Assembly: GCA_937922745.1 (NCBI GenBank)
Contig: CALAJO010000035.1
Span: 410-64,409, forward strand
DNA: 64,000 nucleotides
Reading direction: 5' to 3'
Source of the DNA: an uncultured cyanobacterium
GTDB lineage: Bacteria; Cyanobacteriota; Vampirovibrionia; Vampirovibrionales; JAGQHJ01
Part shown: one piece after another, positions 1 through 11,345 of the stretch
How the letters are laid out: every line of letters begins with the position of its first letter
Numbering within the stretch: position 1 is the stretch's first letter
The notes under the pieces: model-generated
Database searches by the model: none
Seen by the model: the letters and a program-made list of their open reading frames with translations, nothing else
Told to the model about the DNA's origin: nothing
Made by a program: the position numbers and the translations under genes

Positions 1-399
1 AACGGCAACGAGTTCGGCATCCACGGAACGCCTGAAGTGGCTTCGGTTGGCCAATACAGTTCCCACGGTTGCGTGCGCATGCAAATCCGCGATGCCGAGG
101 AGCTATTTGAAAAAGTGGATAATGGCACCCCGGTGGAGGTCATCTACGACCGGACCCTGATTACGAAAACCGACCAGGATCTGAAAATCCGCATCCTTAA
201 GGATCCGTTCGGCAAGGGGCTGCCCAGCGTCGGGTCGATTCGCAGCAAGATCGCCAAGCAGTTCCCCTCTGCCAAGATTGACGACAAGATGCTGGTTCAG
301 GCCGTGACCAATCCCAGCGAGACGCCGGTGACCATCGGCAAGGTGGAGGGCACCATTACGCTCCACGGCCGGGTCGATAACACCCAGTCCGACAACTAG
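1..399 (+). CDS. L,D-transpeptidase (YkuD family), 5' truncated by window edge
   Basis: Open frame from base 1 reads NGNEFGIHGT...VGQYSSHGCVRM, the YkuD HxxxxSHGC catalytic motif. Confidence 0.9.
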   Translation, partial: NGNEFGIHGTPEVASVGQYSSHGCVRMQIRDAEELFEKVDNGTPVEVIYDRTLITKTDQDLKIRILKDPFGKGLPSVGSIRSKIAKQFPSAKIDDKMLVQAVTNPSETPVTIGKVEGTITLHGRVDNTQSDN

Positions 400-465
400 C
401 GCCATTCCATTTATAAAGTGTGCTGCTGGTTCGAGGGACTGCCTCGGCCAGCTAATCCCTAAATA

Positions 466-500
466 AAAGGACAGCGAACCCGTTGGGTTCGCTGTTTTCG
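466..500. terminator. Probable bidirectional intrinsic terminator
   Basis: Stem acagcgaacc/ggttcgctgt flanked by A- and T-rich tracts between convergent genes. Confidence 0.65.
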
Positions 501-521
501 TTTGTCCACACAACAATGCTG

Positions 522-1385
522 TTACTGGTTCTGCATCCGAACTATCGGGTTATAAGACGGACGGATGGCAATCTGGAGTTTGCCGGGTTGCTGCTGTACC
601 TGGCGTACAGCCGGTTGGGCGCTCGCCACACGCGCCGGGGCGGCAGGCTTGCTAGCCACGGCACGGTACAGGTCTTCACCCTGTTTCCAGCCCACACTAT
701 AGAGATGGCGAATCGCCTGCTTGTCCCGCTCGGACAACTTGGGGACATAGTTTTTATATTCCGCAACGGACGCCCAGCCACGACCACTCTTCATAATATC
801 GCTATCGTTGTGGCTGTGTTCGGAAATTCCCAGCGCGTGCCCGATTTCGTGCATAATATTGGCTTTGAGAAAACGATCTTCAATGCCGGGCGTCTTCATC
901 TCAATATCGGCTTTCTCGATGGTGTAAACGGTTTCTCCCGCCATTTCCGGGTCGGCGAACCCGGCAACCCATCGAAAGCGAATATGCGCCTCACGGGGAT
1001 CATCCACAACGGTGTATTTTAAACGACCCTCCAATGCATCGGCCCAGGCATCCATGCTCTCTTTGACGTAATTGACGTAGCGCCCCTTGTAAAGCTTCGT
1101 ATCGGTGGCATGGGTTTCGATGTGGATGCGAATCGGTTCGTGCATTACCTGCATCAGCTGGTAAGTGCGCATAGAGCGCCAGGAATCATCATAGTCCTGA
1201 TTATAAATATCGCTGGCGGCCGAGTTGCCCGTATTATACCGGATCAGGCCATTACTCGGCTTAATTGGAGCGTTTGCCTCGATAAACTCACGGGAGGACA
1301 TCCCATTATTGATCTTCGCCGGGGTTTGAACCGGGAATAACAGCAGCCCAAATAACGCAAGCGCAATGTAACCCTTGTTTCTCAT
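522..1385 (-). CDS. Secreted matrixin-family (M10-like) zinc metalloprotease
   Basis: Signal peptide; HEIGHALGISEHS zinc motif followed by a DIM Met-turn. Confidence 0.85.
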   Translation of the reverse strand: MRNKGYIALALFGLLLFPVQTPAKINNGMSSREFIEANAPIKPSNGLIRYNTGNSAASDIYNQDYDDSWRSMRTYQLMQVMHEPIRIHIETHATDTKLYKGRYVNYVKESMDAWADALEGRLKYTVVDDPREAHIRFRWVAGFADPEMAGETVYTIEKADIEMKTPGIEDRFLKANIMHEIGHALGISEHSHNDSDIMKSGRGWASVAEYKNYVPKLSERDKQAIRHLYSVGWKQGEDLYRAVASKPAAPARVASAQPAVRQVQQQPGKLQIAIRPSYNPIVRMQNQ

Positions 1386-1899
1386 CTGAACCTCTCACTT
1401 CCAAAAAGCTTTGGATTAAATTTTATATATTTGTCATATCGATTGAATCTACAGAGACTTTAACGAATATAAGCGATTTTTAAAATAACTTAAACAACCA
1501 ATAGACCTATCACCACTTATCCAGTACGATAATCTATTTTTTGCTGCGCCTGGCATTAATCCTAACAATACGCTCCACTGCCTGGATTCTTACTGCAAAA
1601 CTCGGATAACAATGTCGTTTCTCCCTCGGAAGCCGCATTTGCCCCTTCATGTTTTAAGCCACTTAAGCACGTTAAAAATTCAGATCAGAACAATAAGACA
1701 ATTCTCCATGGATACAGTTGATCCCCGGACATGTTTGTCTTACTTCTTACAATGTATAGAGAGTGTCGTGATCAGCGCGGTTATTTGTAAATTTATTGCA
1801 AAAATCAGGCAATTTCGGCTGTTCTTAATTTTTTATTAAAACAATCAGGTCAACACTTTCATCTCTTTCGAAGGGTTAATGGTCAGAGGTATCGCACAG

Positions 1900-2709
1900 A
1901 TGTCGAACGCAACACAGATTTTTCCAAAAGCCGTCAAAATTGAAGGCATCCCGGTGATGGGCTTTAACAGCCCCGAAAGCCTTTTCGAGCGTTTGAAGCA
2001 CGAAATCCGCAAGCCCGGCCAATCCCTGGTTTATTATCTTAATGTGCATGTCGCCAATACCGCCCGCGTCAATTCCCGCCTGAAATCTATCCTGAAAAAA
2101 GGCGATGTGGTTTACTGCGATGGCGCTGGCATCGTGACCGCCTCCAAAATGCTGGGCCAGCCATTGCCCACTCGCTTAACCGCTGCGGATTGGATTATGG
2201 ACATGCTGGAAGACCTGGCAAACTCCGGCCACACCGTCTTTCTACTCGGTGGCGAACCCGGTGTTTCCGACGAAGCCATGAAAGTGATTGATGAAAAAGT
2301 CCCTAACCACAGCGTTATCGGGCATCACCATGGCTACATCATCAAGGACAAGGATCTGGAGCAGTCCGTAATTGATCGCATCAACGAGCTGAAGCCGGAT
2401 GTCCTCATCGTGGGTTTTGGCACCCCGTTACAGGAAAGCTGGATTGACGAAAATGCCCATCGCCTGAATATTCCCGTTTTGTACGCCATCGGCGCCACCA
2501 TGGATTTTATTTCCGGCCGCGTGTCCCGCTGCCCGGCCTGGATGGGCGAAAAAGGACTGGAATGGGCTTACCGTTTATACACCGAGCCCAAGCGGCTGTT
2601 TGCCCGCTATGTTATCGGCAACCCCTGGTTTTTAGGGCGCATTATGTTTAGCGCCGCCAAGCAGCAAATGGCCTACATGGTTCCCCGTCCATTCGCGCCA
2701 TTGCGCTAG
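1900..2709 (+). CDS. WecB/TagA/CpsF family glycosyltransferase
   Basis: Motifs LNVH, YCDGAG, FLLGG, VGFGTPLQE, GATMDF, GLEWAYRL..EPKRL..RY. Start set at the ATG after an AGAGG RBS. Confidence 0.92.
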   Translation: MSNATQIFPKAVKIEGIPVMGFNSPESLFERLKHEIRKPGQSLVYYLNVHVANTARVNSRLKSILKKGDVVYCDGAGIVTASKMLGQPLPTRLTAADWIMDMLEDLANSGHTVFLLGGEPGVSDEAMKVIDEKVPNHSVIGHHHGYIIKDKDLEQSVIDRINELKPDVLIVGFGTPLQESWIDENAHRLNIPVLYAIGATMDFISGRVSRCPAWMGEKGLEWAYRLYTEPKRLFARYVIGNPWFLGRIMFSAAKQQMAYMVPRPFAPLR

Positions 2710-2825
2710 TTGAGAGCAAACCTACTCTCGAGATTGCAAAATCTTTGGGCTTTTTGTACCCATACTCTCGCAAACCGTCTATTCGCCATTAAGATAGAGC
2801 TTGAGCCAGCCTGAGATTTATACAA

Positions 2826-3012
2826 TAGCCTCAATGCGGGCTTCTACCGTTGCCTCCTTGCTGTCATATCGCTTGAGCAACCGGACAATCTAATCTTCCG
2901 TCAAACAGTGATTTCTTCCAGATTGACAACAACAAGGATGAATACAAGGCTAATGGCTTTGTTTTCTCACTTTTTGCGCCGACCCACAAATGGGTTCGTT
3001 CGTCTCTTTTTT
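2826..3012 (+). ncRNA. Candidate structured non-coding RNA
   Basis: TACAAT at 2821; nested complementary blocks (tagcct/aggcta, tccttg/caagga, tgtca/tgaca); ends in a hairpin plus T-run; no convincing ORF. Confidence 0.3.
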
Positions 3013-3034
3013 TGAAACCAGGATAGCCTTACGG

Positions 3035-3601
3035 TTACAGCGGTTGTTTTAAGCCGGGCGGCAACTGATTCCCCCACTTGGTGGCTTCGCTGTACTTGAC
3101 CCCGGTGAGGATGGCCCACTCCATCTCGGCATTCTGGAAGTCCGCGCCGGAGAGGGTGGCCCCGGAGAAGTTGGCATCGTTAAGATAAGCATGCTGGAAG
3201 TTCGCGCCGCTTAAGGTCGCGTCGATAAACTGGGCCTGGGCGGCATCCGCTCCCCGAAACCGGCATTCGGTCAGGTCTGCCCCGGTGAAGTTGGCCTGGT
3301 AGAGATCGGCTTCGCTGAAGTCCGCTTCGGTGGCGTTGGCGGAGATAAACACCGTTTCCCGAAGCGAGGCCTTGAGAAACGATGTGAAAATCAGCGTGGC
3401 ATTCTCCAGAATGCAGAAGTCCAGGCGGCTGCCGTTGAGATTGGCCTGGCTCAGGTTGATGCCGGTCAGGTCCAGGGCCTCAAAGTCCACGTTGCTCAGG
3501 TCGATAAAGTCAAACTCGGTATCCCGGCGGTACTGGTTAAAGGCTTCCACCCCTTGTTGAACGAGGAGTTCCAGCAGTTGGGCTTTGGAGAGCGGATTCA
3601 T
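3035..3601 (-). CDS. Pentapeptide-repeat protein
   Basis: Tandem A(D/N)(L/F)xx repeats (ADFSE ADLYQ ANFTG ADLTE) after a GVEAFNQYR N-terminus. Confidence 0.92.
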   Translation of the reverse strand: MNPLSKAQLLELLVQQGVEAFNQYRRDTEFDFIDLSNVDFEALDLTGINLSQANLNGSRLDFCILENATLIFTSFLKASLRETVFISANATEADFSEADLYQANFTGADLTECRFRGADAAQAQFIDATLSGANFQHAYLNDANFSGATLSGADFQNAEMEWAILTGVKYSEATKWGNQLPPGLKQPL

Positions 3602-3778
3602 GGGCTTTCATTTCCTGTCTGGCCTGTTATCAAAGCCATTGTATGCCACCCGCGCCCACACTTCAAACCCTGCCGCCAGTATCCCTAAATTTTGCGGAAA
3701 ATGCCGGTTCGCATTACAATTTGATTGGCAAACCTTGTAGGAGGGGTTTAAGCCATTGACAATTGTGGCATTAGGTTA

Positions 3779-4975
3779 ATGGAGAACAAGTGTAATATTA
3801 TGGCGGCGACAATGACAATGAACGTTTCTGAAGACAAATGGGGCTTAACGGAAGAGCAGCGGATGATCCGCGACACGGTCCGTGACTTTGCCCAGAGTAC
3901 GGTAGCGCCCAAGGCGGGCCATATCGATAAAACCCAGGAGTTCCCGATTGACACCTTCCGCGAGATGGGTGAAATGGGTTTGCTGGGCATCCCAATCCCG
4001 GAGCAATATGGCGGTGCCGGGTTGGATTACCTTAGCTACGCCATTACGGTGGAAGAGATGGCCCGCGCCTGTGCGTCCACGGCTTTGTCCCTGGCGGCGC
4101 ATACTTCGCTGGTGTGCTTGCCCCTGTACATGTTCGGGAACGAAGAGCAGAAGCAGAAATATCTCACCAAGGTCGCTTCCGGCCAGGAGTTGGGTGCATA
4201 CGGCCTGACCGAACCCAACGCGGGCAGTGACGCGGCAGGAACCGAAACCCGCGCGGAGAAGCGGGGCGACAAATGGATCCTGAACGGTTCCAAGATTTTC
4301 ATCACCAACGCCAACTATGCCGGGGTGTATATCGCAACGGCCCTCACCAACAAGGAAATGGGAACAAAGGGCATCAGCGCCTTTGTGTTTGAGCGCAACA
4401 CGCCTGGGTTTTCCCTGGGCTCCAAGGATGAGAAACTGGGCATGCGCGGCTCCGATTGGGGCACACTGGTGTTTGAGGACGCCGAAATCCCGTTGGAAAA
4501 TAGGGTAGGCGAAGAGGGCCAGGGCTTTAAATATTTTATGAAAACCCTGGATTCGGGCCGTATTAGCATCGGTGCGCTGGGCGTCGGGATTGCGCAAGCG
4601 TCCCTAGATGCGGCGCTCAAGTATTCCAAGGAGCGTAAGCAGTTCGGCAAGGCCATCTCGGAGTTTCAGGCCATCCAGTTTATGCTGGCGGATATGGCCA
4701 TGGAAATTGAGGCGGCCCGGCATATGGTGTATCATGCGGCGCGTCTGCGGGATAACGGCCTGCCCTTCGGCAAGGAAGCAGCCATGGCGAAGCTCTTTGC
4801 GTCCGAAGTCGCCTCCCGTGCGGCGAACAAAGCCGTCCAGATCCACGGCGGTTACGGTTACACCAAGGACTTCCCGGTGGAGCGCTACCTGCGCGATGCC
4901 AAACTGTGCGAGATTGGCGAAGGCACATCCGAAATCCAGCGCATGGTGATTGCCCGCCATTTGCTGAACGCTTAA
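3779..4975 (+). CDS. Acyl-CoA dehydrogenase (short-chain/butyryl-CoA type)
   Basis: Signatures [46 protein letters not shown]. True start may be 3800. Confidence 0.96.
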   Translation: MENKCNIMAATMTMNVSEDKWGLTEEQRMIRDTVRDFAQSTVAPKAGHIDKTQEFPIDTFREMGEMGLLGIPIPEQYGGAGLDYLSYAITVEEMARACASTALSLAAHTSLVCLPLYMFGNEEQKQKYLTKVASGQELGAYGLTEPNAGSDAAGTETRAEKRGDKWILNGSKIFITNANYAGVYIATALTNKEMGTKGISAFVFERNTPGFSLGSKDEKLGMRGSDWGTLVFEDAEIPLENRVGEEGQGFKYFMKTLDSGRISIGALGVGIAQASLDAALKYSKERKQFGKAISEFQAIQFMLADMAMEIEAARHMVYHAARLRDNGLPFGKEAAMAKLFASEVASRAANKAVQIHGGYGYTKDFPVERYLRDAKLCEIGEGTSEIQRMVIARHLLNA

Positions 4976-5011
4976 GCTTACCAGCAATCCGTTTTAAAGA
5001 CAGTGCCTTGG

Positions 5012-5935
5012 CTAATGCTGGGGCGCTGTTTTTAATCGGGCATATATATCGCCGTCACAATCCCTGGGATGCTCAAACAAGCGCTCCAGCAAAATCCGGC
5101 GCATCTCTTGCCCATCCACCCAATGCGCCAACGACAGGCTCAAGGATTCACGGACACTATAATTAAACTCGTAGTCTCCCAAGGTGTTTAAATACGCCAA
5201 GCACTGCAACACGGGTGAAAGCAAGTCGGCGGTCTGGCTGTGATACTCAAATGACAGGGCTGGAAGCGGTTGTGAAAGCCCCTTCAGCACAGGTAGCTCA
5301 TAGCCTTCCACATCAATCTTGCAGAAATCCGGACGGCCATAAGCGGCAATCAACTGATCCAGCGTCGTCATCGGCACGGTTTGGGTATCAAACCAGATGG
5401 CCCCGTTATCCGTGGCTTCGTTGAAGTCCTGGTATGCCTGGCTGACGGATGCCCGCTTATGATAAGTGCATTTGCGGAGCTGAATTTCCCCTTCGGCTTC
5501 GCCCAGCACCTTGGGAACCAGTTGCACGCGGCTGTCGTTGACGTATTTTCGCCGGAGGATGTCCTGGCACATGGCCTGCGGTTCTACGGCGACGACATGG
5601 GCGCCAAGCGCCAGAAATGTTTCCACCCGGTTGCCGGTGTTGGCCCCAATGTCAAAGCAGAGGCTTCCTGGCTGGACAAATGGTTGGTAAAAATCAATCA
5701 GACGGGCTTTGTAGTCTTTCGCCTCAGGACTTCGGCTCTGCAATTGCTCCCGGGCGTAAAGATAATGCCCATAAAGCCCTAACTTATTCATCATCAGGAT
5801 GCCTTGGGCCCGAAGGCGCGGGTAACAGGGCATCCGTTTCAACAGTTTGATCATGACCGCTTTAACCGCTTGTACAGCTCTTCCATTAAACCGTACTTTC
5901 AGGCTCAAAAACTCCATCAGGTGCTTTAGTTCCAA
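5012..5935 (-). CDS. FkbM-family SAM-dependent methyltransferase
   Basis: FDIGANTG, VVAVEPQ, TTLDQL, KIDVEGYE motifs. Start uncertain. Confidence 0.9.
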   Translation of the reverse strand: MELKHLMEFLSLKVRFNGRAVQAVKAVMIKLLKRMPCYPRLRAQGILMMNKLGLYGHYLYAREQLQSRSPEAKDYKARLIDFYQPFVQPGSLCFDIGANTGNRVETFLALGAHVVAVEPQAMCQDILRRKYVNDSRVQLVPKVLGEAEGEIQLRKCTYHKRASVSQAYQDFNEATDNGAIWFDTQTVPMTTLDQLIAAYGRPDFCKIDVEGYELPVLKGLSQPLPALSFEYHSQTADLLSPVLQCLAYLNTLGDYEFNYSVRESLSLSLAHWVDGQEMRRILLERLFEHPRDCDGDIYARLKTAPQH

Positions 5936-5965
5936 AGCCGCATCCGCCCTTATAATAAAGGGACT

Positions 5966-6751
5966 ATGGCTTTTCGTTACTCAATGAGCGATATCCGGCG
6001 CAGCTATAAACGCCCCGATTCCTGGTGGGGGTTTCTCATCATGTCGCGGCTCTCCGGCAGGCTGTTGTGGCTGCTTGCCAATTTTACCCGCTTCCCGCCG
6101 GAAGTGGTGACGGTGGGCAGTTTTCTCGTCGGGTTGGGCGCAATCCCCTTTTTCCTACAGGGAACGCCGAAGGGCATCTTCATCGGCGGCCTGTTCGCCT
6201 TGCTCAGCGATATCCTGGATGGAACCAACGGCAAAATGGCGCGACTATACGGGGTTGCCAATGCCATGGGCGGCTACCTGGATACATTGTTCGATATCAT
6301 CAAGATTAGCCTCTACCTGATTGTGATCCCGATCGGGCAATATTACCAGACGGGGGATATCAGGTTTCTGGTTCTTGCAACGTTGCTGTTGCTGGTTTTC
6401 AATCTTCGGATGTCCAACGAAAACCTGTTGGGGCGTATTCGGATGGGCTTGCCGTATACGCCGAAGACTGTCCAAAATGGCTCTAAAAAGGGGAATATAA
6501 GCGGTTATAGCCGCTTTATGAAGGAGAAGGGGATTCTTCCGATGCCGGGGGGCTCGGAACTGAACGCAATGATGTTTATTATAGGCCCCTTAACCGGCCA
6601 AACCCTGCCGTTATTAATCCTGGGTGGTATTGGCTTTGTCATCCTCAGCATGGGTTATACCATCCGAACCATGCTGCAAACCCGCGGCCTGACACAGGGG
6701 ATCGAAAAGGATCACAAGCCAGCACCGGAGCCGGACGCCGCCTTATCGTGA
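5966..6751 (+). CDS. CDP-alcohol phosphatidyltransferase family membrane protein
   Basis: DILDGTNGKMAR...GGYLDTLFD matches DxxDGxxAR...GxxLDxxxD with one D>N change; hydrophobic helices. Confidence 0.85.
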   Translation: MAFRYSMSDIRRSYKRPDSWWGFLIMSRLSGRLLWLLANFTRFPPEVVTVGSFLVGLGAIPFFLQGTPKGIFIGGLFALLSDILDGTNGKMARLYGVANAMGGYLDTLFDIIKISLYLIVIPIGQYYQTGDIRFLVLATLLLLVFNLRMSNENLLGRIRMGLPYTPKTVQNGSKKGNISGYSRFMKEKGILPMPGGSELNAMMFIIGPLTGQTLPLLILGGIGFVILSMGYTIRTMLQTRGLTQGIEKDHKPAPEPDAALS

Positions 6752-6755
6752 TGGG

Positions 6756-6938
6756 TTATTTGGCCTTGCTGCCGTAAGGATCGCCGCCGCCAACCCAGCC
6801 ATGGTTCCCACCGCCCGCCTGGTCATCCTTGTTGGGCTTTGCCCCTTTTGACACATCCCCGGTGCGGGTGGCCTTGTCCGGCGTACTCAGGTTTTGATTC
6901 GGAACATCATCGTGAGGGGGAAGTTTATCTTTCGCCAT
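6756..6938 (-). CDS. Small hydrophilic hypothetical protein
   Basis: GAGGAG RBS before ATG (MAKDKLPPHDD...); 60 aa, G/D/K-rich. Confidence 0.6.
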   Translation of the reverse strand: MAKDKLPPHDDVPNQNLSTPDKATRTGDVSKGAKPNKDDQAGGGNHGWVGGGDPYGSKAK

Positions 6939-7123
6939 TGCATTTCTCCTCGGGTATTGCATACATCAGGTTTCTATCATCATACCCGGCAGTCCCGTTC
7001 TGTTCATTCGACAACCGTCTTAGCCGTTGCGCTTTAACCGGATGCGAGAGCGCCTTTTGTGGAATAGACGGGTGCGATAAACACGATAAGATGATGATGG
7101 CGACAGTTATCGGGGAAAATACA

Positions 7124-7327
7124 ATGTCAAAGCGGAGAGAATACCGGAACCAGGCTGGACAGCCTCAGCAACACAAGCCGGGCACGGAACGCCAGGCGCA
7201 TGCCACAGACGTGCATAGCCAGGAATTTATTAGCAGCAACCTGGAGAGCAAGCGTACCCGCGGCAAGCGGGTCGATCAGACAGAGGATAAGCGGCCGGCG
7301 ATGCTAGGCGACCTGGAAATGCCTTGA
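7124..7327 (+). CDS. Small hydrophilic hypothetical protein
   Basis: GGGGA RBS before MSKRREYRNQ...; 67 aa, C-terminal part of the 6839 ORF. Confidence 0.55.
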   Translation: MSKRREYRNQAGQPQQHKPGTERQAHATDVHSQEFISSNLESKRTRGKRVDQTEDKRPAMLGDLEMP

Positions 7328-7340
7328 CTGCTCATTGGTG

Positions 7341-9155
7341 TTATTTGAAGTTCAGGTTTTCCTTGCGCAGGCGGATGCTGACTGGTGTGACTTCCATCAG
7401 CTCATCCGTTGCAATGTAGTCCAACCCAAACTCCAGGGTAACTTCGATAGGCGTTGAAAGGACTTCCAACACATCCGCCGTGGCGCTGCGCATGTTAGTC
7501 AGTTTTTTGGCCTTGCAAACGTTCACTAACAGGTCGTTCTGGCGGTTGTGTTCGCCCACGATCATGCCTCGGTAAACCGTGGCACGGGGTTTAATGAAAT
7601 AGATGCCCCGATCTTCCAGGTTTTTCAAGGAGTATGCAGTGGCTTCGCCGTTTTCGTGCGCCACTAAAACGCCATTGCGGGTTGAGCCAATTTCTCCCAC
7701 CCAGGGACGAAACTCCATAAAGGCGTGGGTCATCATGCCCTGGCCACGGGTTAAGCGGATAAACTCACTGCGAAAGCCCAGCAAGCCACGCGATGGAATG
7801 TGGAATTCCAGCAGGGTTCGGCCGGCATTGTTTTCCATATGCTGCATTTCGCCCCGGCGCTGGCATAGGCGTTCAATACAGCCGCCGGCAATATCCTCGG
7901 GAACATCCAGAACCAGGGTTTCAAACGGTTCGTTCAACACGCCGTCAATTTCCTTGGTGAGAACTTCAGGCTTGCTGACCTGGAACTCGTACCCTTCGCG
8001 GCGCATGGTTTCAATCAGGATACTCAGATGCAGTTCGCCGCGACCGCTCACGACAAAACTTTCCGGGGTTTTGCCTTCCTCTACCAAAAGGCTGATATTG
8101 CTTTTGGCTTCGCGCCACAGCCGATCCTTAATCTGGCGGGAGGTGACGAATTTGCCTTCGCGGCCAGCCAATGGGCTGGTATTTACGGAGAAGGTCATTT
8201 TCAACGTGGGTTCCTCAATGGAAATGAGCGGCAGCGGCTCGGGATTCTGCGGATCCGTAATGGTTTCCCCAATCTGGACTTCCGGAATCCCTGCAACCGC
8301 CACAATATCCCCGGCAGAGGCAGTTTCGACTTCCAGCCGTTTTAAGCCTTCGAAGCCGAACAGCTTGCTTACCCGGTGCTGCGACAGGCTGCCATCCCGT
8401 TGAACCAGCGTGACCGTTTGCCCTAAACGAATGGTGCCGCGTTGGATACGGCCGATAATAATCCGGCCCAGGTAATCGTTGTAATCCAGCGTTGAAACCT
8501 GGAGCTGGAGCGAGGACTCCGTATCGCCGGGCGGCGCCGGGATATTCTGGATAATGGTCTGAAATAACGGGGTTAAATCCTTGAACTCATCCGTCGGCTC
8601 TAACGCAGACGTTCCCGCCATGCCGCAGGCATACACCACAGGGAAGTGCAATTGATCTTCGTCCGCGCCAAGCTCGATAAACAGGTCGATAACCCGATCC
8701 ACCGCGCGCGCGGGATCCGCAGCCGGACGATCCATTTTATTAACGACCACCACGATGGTAAGGCCCAGCTCAAGCGCTTTGCGCAGCACGAATCGGGTTT
8801 GGGGCATCGGGCCTTCTACCGCATCCACAACCAGCAGGGCACCGTCCACCATGGTTAATACGCGCTCTACTTCTCCGGAGAAGTCCGCGTGGCCTGGCGT
8901 ATCCAGAATGTTAATGCGGTGATCGCCATAGGGAATGGCGGTATTCTTAGCCAGGATCGTGATGCCGCGTTCTCTTTCCAGATCGTGAGAGTCCATGGCG
9001 CGTTCGGCAATTTGTTCATTCTCGCGGAAAATACCGCTTTGGCGGAACATGCTGTCCACCAGCGTGGTCTTTCCGTGGTCTACGTGGGCGATAATGGCGA
9101 TGTTTCGGATTGCGGGGTTGGTAATAGCGGGTTTTGCGGGCGAGGAAGATTGCAT
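7341..9155 (-). CDS. typA: Translational GTPase TypA/BipA
   Basis: [60 protein letters not shown]. Confidence 0.98.
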   Translation of the reverse strand: MQSSSPAKPAITNPAIRNIAIIAHVDHGKTTLVDSMFRQSGIFRENEQIAERAMDSHDLERERGITILAKNTAIPYGDHRINILDTPGHADFSGEVERVLTMVDGALLVVDAVEGPMPQTRFVLRKALELGLTIVVVVNKMDRPAADPARAVDRVIDLFIELGADEDQLHFPVVYACGMAGTSALEPTDEFKDLTPLFQTIIQNIPAPPGDTESSLQLQVSTLDYNDYLGRIIIGRIQRGTIRLGQTVTLVQRDGSLSQHRVSKLFGFEGLKRLEVETASAGDIVAVAGIPEVQIGETITDPQNPEPLPLISIEEPTLKMTFSVNTSPLAGREGKFVTSRQIKDRLWREAKSNISLLVEEGKTPESFVVSGRGELHLSILIETMRREGYEFQVSKPEVLTKEIDGVLNEPFETLVLDVPEDIAGGCIERLCQRRGEMQHMENNAGRTLLEFHIPSRGLLGFRSEFIRLTRGQGMMTHAFMEFRPWVGEIGSTRNGVLVAHENGEATAYSLKNLEDRGIYFIKPRATVYRGMIVGEHNRQNDLLVNVCKAKKLTNMRSATADVLEVLSTPIEVTLEFGLDYIATDELMEVTPVSIRLRKENLNFK

Positions 9156-9311
9156 AAATAAGGGTCACCTGTTGATTATTGCCCTTATTCTGGCGAGGAA
9201 ACCGGCGAAAGTCAAATCAAACCGTTACGAATCTTAAGCTCTTGGCCTCAAGGCCCTTCAGCCTAAGTCATTCCTTTCATAAAAGCAAAAATGGGAGGGC
9301 AGGGGATGCTG

Positions 9312-9917
9312 TTAGTTTTCAATTGTCAGCTTCATCAGCTTATCGCCCCGTTTAATCTTGCCGGCGACATCCAGGCCCTCGATCACCCGGCCGAACACTG
9401 CATACTGCCCATCCAGAAAAGACGCTTCATCCAGCGTGATATAAAACTGGCTGCTGGCGCTATTAGGATCGCTGGTGCGGGCCATGGCCAAAACACCCGG
9501 ACCATCATGCTTAAGCTGTTCCGTTACCTCCAGGGGAATTTTTTTATCGGAGCCACCGCTTCCCGTGCCGGTCGGGTCGCCTGTTTGGATGACAAAACCC
9601 GGCTCCACGCGGTGGAAGACAAGCCCGTTATAAAAGCCGGATTGTGCGAGGCGAATAAAGTTCTGCGTTGTGACAGGGGCTGCTTTTGTATATAGCTCTA
9701 CGCGCATCATGCCTTTATTGGTTTCAATCCGGGCATTTACCGTTTCCTGCACAGGATTTTCATCTGCATTGGCAGGTTTTACAGATTCTGAAACCTCATG
9801 GACAGGCAAGGACGCCGCGATGGAATTCATATGGTTGTCCAACTGTCGGGAATTGACATATTGCATGACCAGCAGGGCAAACACAGTAATAAAAAGGAAG
9901 GATATCAACCGTTTCAT
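9312..9917 (-). CDS. Cyclophilin-type peptidyl-prolyl isomerase with N-terminal anchor
   Basis: [46 protein letters not shown]. Confidence 0.95.
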   Translation of the reverse strand: MKRLISFLFITVFALLVMQYVNSRQLDNHMNSIAASLPVHEVSESVKPANADENPVQETVNARIETNKGMMRVELYTKAAPVTTQNFIRLAQSGFYNGLVFHRVEPGFVIQTGDPTGTGSGGSDKKIPLEVTEQLKHDGPGVLAMARTSDPNSASSQFYITLDEASFLDGQYAVFGRVIEGLDVAGKIKRGDKLMKLTIEN

Positions 9918-10064
9918 AACCAGACTCCCAACAAGACAGGACAGTAGTAATAATATTAGTTTAACTGATTTTACAGTGGACTGCAAAGATTGAATGATTG
10001 AAAAACTGCTTGGTGATTCCAGCTAAACCGCTTACGATTAATCCAAGATGCAAAGGATGCCAGA

Positions 10065-11345
10065 ATGTTCCCGACTGAAACCGTTACCATCGATAAGCTT
10101 GTTTACGAAGGCCATGGGCTTTCCCGGCTGGGTTCGGGGGAATTGGTGTTTGTTCCATTTACTGCCCCCGGCGATGCCGTTTCGATCCGACTGGCGGAAC
10201 GACGCAAAAAAGTTTGCTTTGGCGAAGTCGTGGAAATAGCCAACCCGGCAGCGGAGCGTGTGAAGCCGCCATGTTCGGTGTTCGGTACTTGTGGCGGTTG
10301 TCACTGGCAACATTTGTCCCAGCCTGCCCAGTTGGACTGGAAGCAGCGGATTGTGTCGGAAAGCCTTGAACGCATTGGCAAATTCAACAATGTGAAAGTG
10401 TCGCCTTGTATTGCGGCCAACACCTGGCATTACCGCAATAAGGTGGAGTGGGTTGTAGACACCCGCGTTTTACCGGCCCGCATCGGGTATCTTCGGTATC
10501 GAAGCCATGAAATGGTGCCTTTTGAGCATTGCTGGATTATCCCTGAGCGCTGGACAGCCCTGGCGCATTGGCTGGCGGAGAATTTGCCGCAAGGGCTGGC
10601 TGTACGGCATATTCAGGTTAAATCAAACCGGCAGGATAACATTCTCCTATCCTTTATGGGTGAGGAATTAGCGTCCGGTTTATCCCCTTTGATTGCAAAA
10701 TTGACAGCGGCGTTTTCTGAAATCATTGGCGTGATGATTCAGGAATCGGGACGATGGACGGCTTTATTCGGTGAAAGCAGCATGACGGAGACACTTGGTG
10801 CGCATCGGTATATCATTACTCCCGGAAGCTTTTTCCAGGTCAACCCGCCGGTTGCGGAACAACTGCTGGCATTGCTATCCGAGGTTGCTGTGCATTCTAG
10901 CTCCCTGATAGACCTCTATGCCGGAAGCGGGTTGTTCTCGATCCACCTGAACGAAGGTTATTCCCGTATCCTGGCAATTGAATCTTCAAGCGAGGCAGTT
11001 CGCAACGGCAAAGCCAATCTGGAGATGAATAACATCAGTCATATCCAGTTTCAACAAGGAGATGCCGTCAAAACACTATCCACCTTAGCGGAAACGTTTG
11101 ACTCAGCCATCCTCGACCCGCCCAGAACCGGGTGTGAAGCGGATGTGATGGACTGGTTGGCGACACATATCCAGCAACAGATTATCTATGTCAGTTGTAA
11201 CCCTACAACCTTGGCCCGGGATCTGCAAAAATTGACGGCTCAGGGTTGGAAAATTGATCGGGTGCAGCCGTTCGATATGTTTCCACAAACCTATCATGTG
11301 GAAACGGTCGTGCTACTTTCGCCTGCGGATAAAGCGCCGGGTTAA
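10065..11345 (+). CDS. rlmD: 23S rRNA (uracil-5)-methyltransferase RlmD/RumA
   Basis: TRAM domain; C-x5-CGGC Fe-S motif; SFFQVN, DPPRTG, YVSCNPTTLARD, DMFPQTYHVE. Confidence 0.93.
   Translation: MFPTETVTIDKLVYEGHGLSRLGSGELVFVPFTAPGDAVSIRLAERRKKVCFGEVVEIANPAAERVKPPCSVFGTCGGCHWQHLSQPAQLDWKQRIVSESLERIGKFNNVKVSPCIAANTWHYRNKVEWVVDTRVLPARIGYLRYRSHEMVPFEHCWIIPERWTALAHWLAENLPQGLAVRHIQVKSNRQDNILLSFMGEELASGLSPLIAKLTAAFSEIIGVMIQESGRWTALFGESSMTETLGAHRYIITPGSFFQVNPPVAEQLLALLSEVAVHSSSLIDLYAGSGLFSIHLNEGYSRILAIESSSEAVRNGKANLEMNNISHIQFQQGDAVKTLSTLAETFDSAILDPPRTGCEADVMDWLATHIQQQIIYVSCNPTTLARDLQKLTAQGWKIDRVQPFDMFPQTYHVETVVLLSPADKAPG

Noticed and set aside
9289-9301. 13-nt match AAATGGGAGGGCA shared with about 32392-32404, both just downstream of minus-strand genes
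   Set aside because: Only two copies; a 13-mer match can easily arise by chance in 64 kb and the flanks do not align.
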